Assembly: GCA_051362555.1 (NCBI GenBank)
Contig: CM120643.1
Location: forward strand, 26,912,848-26,976,847
DNA from: Lingula anatina
Lineage: Eukaryota > Animalia > Brachiopoda
DNA length: 64,000 nucleotides
Reading direction: 5' to 3'
Below, piece after piece: positions 27,306 through 38,700 of this stretch (the stretch's first letter is position 1; the number at the start of each line of letters is the position of its first letter). The translations under genes and the position numbers were made by a program. The notes beneath the pieces are model-generated. The model had not been told where the DNA came from. It searched no databases and worked only from the letters and a program-made list of their open reading frames with translations.

Positions 27306-28065
27306 ATTAGTAGGAGACAGGGATGGAAAATATTTCATAAGGGACAGAGCTCATGTATTAACTCATACCAGGCAGGGTTCATTAATTATAACAGGATAAA
27401 GCTAGCTCAAGCATAAATTAATACGGGGCACCTAGATTTTCCTGCATTTATTGATTCAAGGCAGAGTTCATGCATTTATTGATACAAGGCAGAGTTCATG
27501 CATTAATTGATACAAGGCAGAGTTCATGCATTTATTGATACAAGGCAGAGTTCATGCATTCATTGATACAAGGCAGAGTTCATGCATTTATTGATACAAG
27601 GCAGAGTTCATGCATTCATTGATACAAGGCAGAGTTCATGCATTAATTGATGTAAGGCAGAGTTCATGCATTAATTGACATAAGGCTGAGTTTATGACAT
27701 AACTGATACAGGGCACAGTTCACGCATTTTGAAGTATACATTTAAAAATCAATTTTCACGACTTCATTAGTAGGAGACAGGGATGGAAAATATTTCATAA
27801 GGGACAGAGCTCATGTATTAACTCATACCAGGCAGGGCTCATTAATTATAACAAGATAAAGCTAGCTCAAGCATAAATGAATACGGGGCACCTAGATTTC
27901 CTGCATTTATTGATACCAGGCAGAGTTCCTGCATTTATTGATACAAGGCAGAGTTCATGCATTAATTGACATAAGGCTGAGTTTATGCCATAACTGATAC
28001 AGGGCACAGTTCACGCATTTTGAAGTATAAATTTAAAAAATCAATTTTCACGACTTCATTAATTC
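27306..28065 (+). repeat. 29-bp minisatellite element with internal ~460-bp offset duplication
   Basis: Unit gcagagttcatgcatttattgatacaagg, about 8 copies at 27460-27720; flank 27306-27450 recurs at 27766-27910; inverted relative at 38868-39440. Confidence 0.85.
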
Positions 28066-30443
28066 CAGTCGGGGTTTGCCGTGTATTCCACGTTTTCGTA
28101 CCTTTTTCTCAGTCCTACTTCCCCAAAATAATCGGGGCCCGACTGTGGAAAATGAACCAATCGCATTGCTGGTTCTACTGATAAATGTATGACGTCATTT
28201 TCAATGTCAGCAGCTATGATGACGTCACTCGATACGGCTATGGCATAAAAGAAGCTCCCGGATTTCTTGAGGATTTCCGAGAAACTGTTTCCATCATAAG
28301 AGCACTTTTAGAACACCCCAGTGGCACTGTCACTCCAGACCAATTTCTGCTCGTCTTGAAGAACAGCGACCCCTGTCAAGTTGATGACGTCAGCGATGAT
28401 ATCACGCATGTCTTGTCCTGGCAAGGAGGGTCTGGCTATGGCCGGGGAGGATCCTCTTTGGGATCAAAATAAGTACCTTTCAGATAAAATAAAAATAAAT
28501 GAATTTAAAAAATCATGAAGTTGTATTTATTGATCAATGCTGTCATAAGGAATATTGACATATATGATATTATATGTAAAGAATAATATTTTTAATGTAA
28601 TTATTGATTTAATTTTATTTACGTCTCTTCCTTAATTTAAAAATTATGAATTTCCTTTTTTTATACATTTGTTCGTGTATTCATTCAACCATGCATCCAT
28701 CCATGCATCCTTTCATTTCTTCAATTTTCATTCATTCATTCATACAATCATACATTCATTCATAAATTCATTCATTCATTTATTCATTCATATTCGACTT
28801 GTTTAGATGATTAAAAAAGCATTTATTTTGAAAAATCATTTCTTAAAATAACTGATTCACTTTTGGTTAGAAATTCATTACTTTTCTCAGGCCAATTGGA
28901 CAATTCATCAATAAACAAAACTGCAGCGTTCTACGGGGCGTTCTGCAATGTACACAAGGGGAGACGCAACGAAAACAAAGTACAGATTCAGACTTTTGTA
29001 GAAGATGAAGTCAGACTGATGTAAGACCTGGAAAAATTAATGCTAAGTTTCCTTACTTATACCATAGCTTGCAAGACATTTCACCGTAGCATTTATAAAA
29101 ACTGCTTTGTAAAACTTTTGCACTGCTGTACAAGAAGCTCCTCGTAATTTGTTGTATTATCAAGGTCTATTAAAGGCAGCATCTTCCCGGCAGCCTTCTG
29201 TAAAAAGTTGGGTATCCACAACGGAGAAGTTACAAACGTGTGTTGTAATGGAGGGAAAATACAACGCCTCTACGCGAATAATATTAAGAGAAAAAGAATA
29301 AAACTCCGCGGTCGCCATGATGAAATGAACAGAAAAGTTAAACGGAGCTACTGCGGAGTAACAAGCCGGCGTTTTATAACACTTAGATTAACCTGGGCTC
29401 CGTAGCTCGAAAGCATCGAGGATATTATACGGGGCGAGTTATTGAATAGAGGCGCTTGCGCTCGGTCGCAATTCGAGATGCCTTTGAGTTACGGAGCCCT
29501 GAACTGATTGAAACTGTTTATGTATTATTGTCACAATACGTGTCACAATGCTGCTTGGCAAACTTCTTTACTAGGTGTGGCAGACATTCTTATGAGTTGA
29601 CTAGGGCTGAAAGCTATGGTGTTTCATATTACGTATTCCTTACACTAGAGGGAATGTTACAAGATGAAAGTTTGGGAAACTTCCTATCTCACCTCTGAGA
29701 AACGCCAAAACAGGCGGAGTTCCGTTATCAGTATTATTCATTGTGTTGATGAGAGTAATAATACAAAGGGCGGGATATTTTGTGAATAACCTCCAGGGAC
29801 AAGGTTTAATGCAGTAGCACAAAAGTATGAGAACCCGGACCTTACCAAACTCCATCGTTATGTAAAGGCAGACATAAAGGAGGGCTGATTAAGCGTAACT
29901 CTTGACGCACCTGCTTTCATGTGCCACCCAAATTTAGTTGCACCACCAGCGCGGCGCTGGCGGTACACATGGTTTTAGTCCAGACCCGTCTCGTCCGTCT
30001 CATCCGCCGGCTCTGTCGGCTCCGTTGGCTCTGACGTCACTACAACGTTACTGCTTCTCCTTCTAGTAGTCTACAAGAGCCTGCATACCTTTCTCTTGGA
30101 TTGAGGTCACATATAATCTAAACTCGATCCACGTAAATCTTGGGCTTTGTCAGTGCTAGGGTCTAGGTGTGGAGCTTGTCATGGTTACTGTTAAATTCGT
30201 GACCTTGAAATTGACCTTTGACCCACTTTTCACGATGAACTGGGCTTTGTAACTTTTCCCATCCTTTATATCTCCATAAATAGCAGAGACACGCCCATAA
30301 TAACTAATCAAACTTTTACAGGAAGTCATATCCTGGCAGTCTAATTGTGACCTTGAAATTGACCTTTTGACCTACTTCTCACCATGAACTGACCTTTGCA
30401 ACATTTCCGTCCCTTACATCTCCAAAACTGGCAGAGGTATGTA

Positions 30444-33400
30444 TACTGAACAAAAATATAAAAGCACGAATGAATACGTTGATTTATTTTCATGTATGGA
30501 ACGAGAGTGTGTGGCCAACATTAACAGCATAATTTCCTCAAATAGACATCACTTTTGAGAGCATTACGGAAAGTTTAAATGCATAGTACAAGAGTTGGGG
30601 CATCAACTATACCATGGGGGTCAACATCCTGAGTTCACAGACACTAATAACAAGTATGGCCACCATAAGCTTCGTACAGAGCACTACACCGGTAGAGCAT
30701 AGGCATCATTAAGAGCGCGTCCATGAGAAAGCCAGACAGATCAGTCAGAAGGCGGCAAGGTGGGGGTCAGCAGATTTTTATAATTTTTGGTGTGGTAAAC
30801 CATCAACATAAAAGATATTGTGAGCCACTGGCTTTCCTTTTTTGGATCATTAGTTTTAGAGATATGGGGGCAGATCTTTTATTGGCAATTTTGCCAAAAT
30901 ATAGCATTTTTTAGCTCTTGAAAAGTTATAATTTTAAATATTCTTTTAAAAATTCATGTACATCATAAGGAATTATTTAGGTAAGCCACATGATAGGTTA
31001 AGGAAAGACCTTTAATATCCAGTACAGATTTTTTTAAAAAGGCACTGTCATGACCACACAAGGTTGATTCTAATAAGGCATGTTTTCCATATGCTTGACC
31101 CCCTCCCCTTCTTTAAATGCACACAACTTCTTTTTTGCAGGTTGTATCCATATAATTTTGGTATGTGCTGATAGAAAAGGGTTGAAAAATAAATTTTGTA
31201 AAATAAAATCTGTGTTAAACCTTGTAAAATAAGAACTATAACAATTTTAAAAAGGGCCTAAAAACGAATATTTTTATACTACTTAAATGCTAAACTGTTT
31301 CTTCAACTAAATTAATAAGTCAAAACCATGTATAGGTTTGTGAAAAGCCCTTAAAATAATTATGTTTGCCTTGCAGACGAACTTATGAAGCTTAAATACA
31401 TTTTTTAAATTTGTTTATGCTATAGAAACTAAATGTAAAATAACGATGCTAACTCTGTGACCTATTTTCAACATGGCGGGTACTAGGATTATCACCGGAG
31501 CAACTGTGGAGCAAAGCACATCGTCTTCACAGTGTTAAAACATAATACTTTCTTAAATTTATGAAGAACACGCACTAGAGATGCTTGGGTACATCTCAGA
31601 AGGATTGGTGTGCACCAGAATATAACAAGAAATGACCATAGCAGCTGGTCGTCCTTAGAATTTGCATTTTTGGTTGAACCACTTTAGACTGTTGTCAGGC
31701 TTGGGTTCCTCAATATATCCATCTCATCGATTAAGCTCTGGATGTTTGTTGTAAGGTAAGTGATCAGTGGTGGCAAACATATACTAGAATCAGATACACT
31801 AAAAACTCAAACCAGTTTAAATAATAAGTTTGAATATTATTCAGTAATATAAAGAATATTAAGCAAATTTAAAAGACGTACTGGTATATTTCAATTCACA
31901 GAGTTTTACTTGATTTCTGTTTCATGGTAAACATGTATGCTGAAAAGAATTAACTGTGTATCTAACTTATGAAGTATATTTTTGCATTAAATTCTAGGGC
32001 TTTGTTACATGTGTTATCATAACACAAACAGTTAAGGACTATACTGAGCTTGAAGAAATCTTCATTAGAAATTTCTTACCCAGAATCAAAGGTATGTAAC
32101 ACAAATTCAGTTTCAAGTTTTGGCATTTTAGGGGATGTTACTTGTGCAGTTTTTTATATTTTAGTTTTATATTCACTATGCGGATTTATGTGTGTTTACA
32201 ATGAAGTTGAAGTTAACCGCCTAGCTTTATGTGACTTTGTAACACAGTGTGCTTCAATTTTCAAGACTTACATATTACACAGGACACTTGTAACTAAAAG
32301 TACTTTAGTAAAATCAGGAAAACTTTGCGGTCCATTATGTTGTTCATGTTGCTTTGCAAGGGGGCGTGCCAGACAATTAAGCTGACTGAGCCTGAGTGTG
32401 ATATTCCGCTGAGATAGATTGATCCTGCTACAATAGTTTCTATTCTGAACACAGTAAGCCTCTGTTGTTGTAAAGCATTTATTGATGTAATGTTTATTTT
32501 TCAGATTTTACATTCTAGGCCTGTATGTGAACCTTGACCTGGACAATCTTACGGACAATAATAGAAAAGTCACCTGAAATTGCACAGGCAAATTCATCAG
32601 ATTCAGATGTGAGCACCAACTGGAACACTTCCACGGAGAAGAAAAAAGGTTTACATTTTTTTCATTTGTTTCTTTTTCTATCATGAAATTCTGGTAGCTA
32701 CAATCATGCATATTTGATTTCCTTTTTTATACTTATGCAATGTGTTTGATCAGAATATTATTTAGTAATTGTTCTTATACAGCAATTAACATGAGTTTAA
32801 AATATGTTTAATACATTTTCTTTTGACAGCCTGTCCTGCCATCTTCAGGTAGACGCAGTAGTGGATATCCTGGCAAACCTCTATTGGACTTAGAGCCACC
32901 TTGGGTCAATCCCCCATAACAAATGTGCATCTTAGGCTTGGCAATCTCAATCAGTTTTGTAGGAAAGGAGGATTGGCGCCATTGAATTGACAAATATTGA
33001 CAATTGACAGTTCAGTCACACTAAACTATAGTGGCATGTTGCTTCAAGTTACCACACTTATTCTAAGATTGCTGAATTATCATTACTGTAGGAGACCCTG
33101 GATCTCTCAACCAGAAGAAGAAACTTGGGGATCAATCAGTTATAAGATTAAAATCTGTGGAACACTACCCATCACTGTTGTGTTCAGTATATGGAAAAGA
33201 TGACCGTGATATTGGAACCTTGGAGATTCATAACTTGATTTCACTCCTGTAAAAAGTAACTGCTTTGTTCTTTTACTGTCCAATTGATAATATGAAAATA
33301 AAGTACTCCTCCAGTCATTGTATGTTGCTGACTCTGTTTTGTCTTTATAGAAAAAGAATATAGATATCAAGATATCACATGTATTTACAAAGCCTATGAA

Positions 33401-35127
33401 TCATTTGAAAGGAAAAAGAATGGTTGAAAAATGCAATATAAATCATTTCAAGTTAATTAGTTAATTATTAATTAGTGTTGCACTTGAGAAAACTGATAAA
33501 ATGAGACAGTCATTCCCTTTTACCTTTAGAAAAATCATTTGTAATTTTTTTCTCTATTGCTCCCTGAAAATAAGGTATATACACAATGCTGATGACACTG
33601 GATATGCACAGTAATAACTTATTAAATTGGGGGGGGGGGGGGTGTGAATAACTTGTCACTAGTAATTTAAATTTATTCAGAAGTTGTATGGCTTTGTTTG
33701 AAAAGAATATTATTTGAGCAATCCTGAATTACAGATCTCAAAATAAAAAAAAAAAAAAAAAAAATGCAAAAATGGGCCTCTTCATTTGAGGAATTAGGGT
33801 AACTGTATTTTGGGACATATTTGATGGCAGCCATTTTGTATTTATAAAAATTGGATAGATTTGCCCTTATCAAAGCATAGTTTGAATTCCTGGCTGTGAG
33901 TCTTTGATTAAATTTGATTATTGGAAGGTATTATCTCAAAATGTACTGATATCTTGATTTCGGCCGTTTGGTTTTCTGCTAAAATTGCTAAAGTTTGAGG
34001 CACTTTTTCAATATCTTCTGTTGTGTTTAACACACTTTTTGAAATTTGTATGATGAAACCAATATATGCTTAGGATCCCTATAAAATTTTATGGCTGTCA
34101 AGCCTGCAAAAAGAGAGATATGAATGCTTGAACATTGCTTGGTAGAAAAGTGAGTTTGGGGGGTGGGGTCATAAAAGTGGGTGTGGCTCGTTAGTTTGTG
34201 GGTTAAACTGAAATTTAGTAACATATTCTCAATGGCAAATGGCTGGTTTAAATAGGTAAATTTTCAATTAATTTTAAAAAGTCATCAGTTTTGACATATT
34301 TGCTTATGAAGTGGCTTTATTGACCGAAGCTGAAAATCAAGCCAAAAATGGCCAAAACATATAATATCATATTATAATTATATCCAATGATTTCTTTTGG
34401 GATTGTTGCCTTCAATCTTAATATCTCCTATATATGCAACAATATTATGAATTTGGTTGAAATCTGTTGACCCCCACCTTGCCACCCTCTGACTGGTCCT
34501 ATCATGGACACACACTTAAGTTGTCAATAGTGGCCTGAGGGATATTATCCCATTCCTCCTGGAGTGTTGGTTAACATTCTCAGTAGCTGGAAAATGATGG
34601 CGAAACGCTGATCCAGAATATCCCACATGTGTTGGATGGGCGACATATAGGGTGTGGTAACACATGGTCGGCGGGCATGTGGGCGGTTCCTAGTGCTGCC
34701 AGTGTCTCTGAAGCGTGTTCTCAGACGGCTAACAGTGGAAAGATGCACAATCAGGCATGCTGCAACTTCTGTTACCAACAAGCCAGCATTAAGCGTGCCG
34801 TGCCTCATGATTTCAGACATTTGTGGCATGTTGACAAGTGACAGAAATGCACATTTTGGTAAGCCCTTTTATTGCCTAGAATGTAAGGAGTGTCTGTGTA
34901 TTGGTCATGCAGATTGACTTCCACTCCGTCATGCTCCATTAGTCTTACGGGTGGAAAAACTAAACCTTTAAGTATACTCACGGGGAGCGGCAAAGTGAAA
35001 CCAGACCACTATACTTGATCAATACAAATCCGTCAAATCACAAATAAACCATCAACCTGGGCATATTTCAGTATTATCTATTCCACCTGACCATTTTAGT
35101 TTCGTGCGTTAATATTTTTGTTCAATA
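30444..35127 (-). mobile_element. Internally deleted Tc1/mariner transposon (transposase pseudogene on - strand)
   Basis: TIRs tactgaacaaaaatataaaagcacg / cgtgcgttaatatttttgttcaata flanked by TA. The - strand remnant reads VHLSTVSRLRTRFRDTGSTRNRPHARRPCVTTP, MSPIQHMWDILDQR, EEWDNIPQATIDNL and, beyond the nested insertion, RCSALYEAYGGHTCY*. Confidence 0.88.
30713..34515. mobile_element. TTAA-flanked TIR element (Sola3- or Kolobok-like), non-coding, nested in Tc1
   Basis: TTAA at 30709-30712 and 34516-34519; TIR gagcgcgtccatga...cagtcagaaggcggcaaggtgggggtcagcagattt versus inverted aaatctgttgacccccaccttgccaccctctgactg...tcatggacacacac. Confidence 0.8.
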
Positions 35128-35773
35128 TAAATAGTTGCTATTGAACTTGAATAGGAAGTCATTATTGGTAATCTAACAGTGACCTTGACATTGACCTTTG
35201 ACCTTCTTTTCACCATAACTGAATTTTGCACATTTTCTATCCCTTATACGTACAAAATTGACAGAGAAATGCCTATAGTTATTATTGAAATTGAATAGGA
35301 AGTAATATACTGACAATTTAACTGTAACCTTAAAATTAACCTTTGACCTACTTTTTGCCATTAACCATACTTCACAAATTTGGATTTTACCTTTTATTTA
35401 TCTCCATGATTTATTTGGAAATTTGTAATTTTCAACAAAAACATTGAGAACTCTTATTAACTGCATTTTTTTAGAGCTTGTCAAACACGACACTGGAAGT
35501 GGTATCCTTTTTTTGTTTTCCATACGAATGGGCTTACTTCAACTGGTGGTACAATACCCGGAGACGGTATCGCCTCTCTGATCCTCCAGTTATCCCGGAT
35601 TTTAGGCCGATGATAACAGTTTACATCTCCTCAGGTAACTGAAAACGCTTTTTAATGGATAAACATGGTATCAAGAATACACAAATAACTAACTCTTAAT
35701 CTCATGATTGCGTCATTTACAGGCTCCCGACATTTAACGTGCTGCAGACGATACACGGAAGTAAACGGTGAAA

Positions 35774-38700
35774 ATGGGTGCGACCAGTTGGGGAGTGCTG
35801 TTGGTTATTCTGCTTCAGCAGGTGGGCGAAGTCCGCACTTTGACAGGGTACGCTGATTTGTTTTCGCTTTCTTTCCATTTAATTAAACTAATTATTTAGT
35901 CATACGAGGGTGAAATGAGTTGATGTAGGATGGGGGTACATTAGAGAGAGGGAGATCAAGGATAGCATATATTTTATTTACCTACAAAAAAAAAGCCTCC
36001 ATTTCTGCATCACTACTTTCGGGGCACCCAGTGTTACCAGTAACTGGAAACAGCAGAGGCTTGCTGATTATATAGAGGTGAATTTACAGTGAACTTAGGG
36101 TGCCCCAAAAATAACAATACTTCACAAACAAATATCAATATCATTTAATACAGACTTGACATTTAATGTGGAATTTTCCAAATCATTTTTCATCAGTTTT
36201 TCCTATTTTGCTGACTGATAAATGAAAATAAGGATTAAAATCGTGTTATAATAACTTTTAATTATCTCTTTGTTGTCATTGTGACATCAGTTCATTAATG
36301 GAATTCACCAGAGAAGCAAACAAAAACACATTGCCTATACTATGTCGTACGACAACCATTAAAAGAGATTTTTTGGACCTCCATATTTTCCATATTATTG
36401 TCTGTAAAAGAGTCACACGCTCCACAAAGGACCCTCATGTCAGTCACTAGTCACAGTAACGGTCGCTGTTACGCCTGACCTCTTTTGGATATAACCAGCG
36501 CTCTCAAGTGGCAAGGCATTCCTTGGGATAGGTTTTTAAAGTTCAATCTGAAATAACATTCCAGGCATCGGTCAAAATCTGTCCAATTTGGTCCATTGTT
36601 GTAGGACATGCAGGTCATTGATTCGGCGAGTAATGGCATACCTACATATTGACTATGTGGTTCAAATATGGCGATTTTGATGACCAAGGTAGCTGCTCAT
36701 TCCCTTGGATCTGTACTTAATTTGCTATTAAAAGTGCTCTGTGTGAACTGTCAATCTCACCGTGCAACCTAAAATTGTTCCTAAGTTGCCCACTATCAAA
36801 TGATAACCAGGTGGTTCCCAGATTATTTCTTTATTTGATCTGGTTCAGGATTTTGTCAATGACTACCATTGGTGTTTTGGCGCTGTTAATGACCTTAGTC
36901 ACTTTAGACGCGGCGCACGCTTCATCGTTGGCCTCTTCTGGATGTCTGTAAACTCTATTTTAGCTGTTGAGCGGTACAGGTGAAAACTGACCTCAATAAA
37001 GAAAGCCACAAGATGTCAGTGTTCAACCCAGAAACAGTCAAGGTCCCCAGTTCATTAGAGAAACATACAACGATGTTTAGCTATTTACGGTGGGTTCCTC
37101 GGAAGTCGTCTGGTATTCTAACCTGCTAAAACCAGTTTGTTGTTCTCTAAGGGCCTTGAAAAATGCATTTTGGTGGCAATTTACCCCCCTCCCATTCTGA
37201 ACGGACAGGGTAGTTTTTATTTGATTGCAACAGCATATCCCGAAAGACAGTGGGTCCTGTACCCTGGTGGTAAGATTTCAGTACATTGGGTTTGGCCTCT
37301 GTGTAGGTAGATCAGTCTGGGCATTACTCTATAAAACTGTGCGGACCGTTTCGTTTGGCGCAATTATCTGTCTGGCAGTGCCTGTCTTCTTCGCACCATT
37401 CTGCCACAGATTAACAAATTCGTAAAGCACTGCATAGCTCATTTTACACAATGCACAATCGACCACTTGCATGCAAAATTTCAAATTCTTCTTTGCAGTT
37501 GTTGCCGACATATGGATACTGTAATGGAACAAATTTTTAACAATCGTTATCAAAGTAATTCCTATCATTATGGGCCGTAAAGACCCTCATGGGAGCGTCC
37601 GGTAAATATTTGGGCGTTTGTAACAATTTATTGATTCATGTGACTGGAACCATTACCCTCGTCAGCACTGTGGCCAATAATTCTGGCGAGTTATACAACA
37701 TGAGCAGGACGACCTTGCGGTACAGAAGTAACATTCTGGTGCTAACAACGTCTTTACGAGTTTACCTATTCCCCTTCCCCTTTCATAGGTGAGAACGATA
37801 AAATTATCTCCTGACACAGAGCCTACCTCACGCTGGGTGAAGATACAACGGAAGAGGCACAGAGGATACTACTCGTTCGAGGTACCGATTGAGGGAGTTT
37901 CTACTCCCTCTGGCAGGTTCACTGGGGCGGTTGGTCGAATCTGATGGGACAAGGCTACGCTCGAGGCTCCGATTGAGAAAGTTTCTACTTTCTCTGGCAG
38001 GTTCACTGGGGCGGTTGATTGTTGGTTAGTTAGGAGGAGTGATACGTTGGCAGGAGTACCAACGACAGGGAAAATCTCCGTCAGATTCTCCCGACAGGCT
38101 TTGCGTAGCAACGAAGGCCTGAGTTACGTTGGCTGGGGCACCAACGACGAGGGAAATATCTCCCGTGTAGAGTAGGCAGACCTTAGGCAGGAGGTCGATT
38201 AGGACAAGCGATACGTTGGCCGGGGGCACCAACGTTAAGGGATATCTCGGTCAGATTATCCCGACAGGGTCAGCGTAGCTACGGGACCCTAGGTTACCGT
38301 CGGCAGGAATAATTCCGAAGTGAAGCCCACCAGTACCAGTACCAGTACGATGTCAACCGATGTCTACACCTCCTAGGATTATTGACTTTACCTAGTAGCA
38401 CCCTGGATTATGCATTTATATTAAACTCTTCATCAGTATCATTTAAATTATATCTGGACACATTGAACTTTTTATTGCCTTCTTACAAACTTCGTTGGAT
38501 TTAAATAAAACTGTTTATTGACAAAAAGAACTCTGTTTCTTGGGATTGAACTTTTAATAGCACGCTACCTTTAGACTCAAAAACCGCTACAATACTTTTT
38601 TGACAGAACCATGTTTTGCCAAAGCCAAGCTTTGACCTGCCAATTACTGCATATTACATAATGCAGCAGCTCAACAAACCTGGTATTCTGTTAATTGGTA

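Larger units (their letters stand above)
29935..35592 (+). mobile_element. HINE copy 2, interrupted by a Tc1 element
   Basis: Same subTIRs, 5' palindrome and 3' hairpin as 19737-22993; the tandem unit interrupted at about 30441 resumes at about 35130. Confidence 0.75.
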
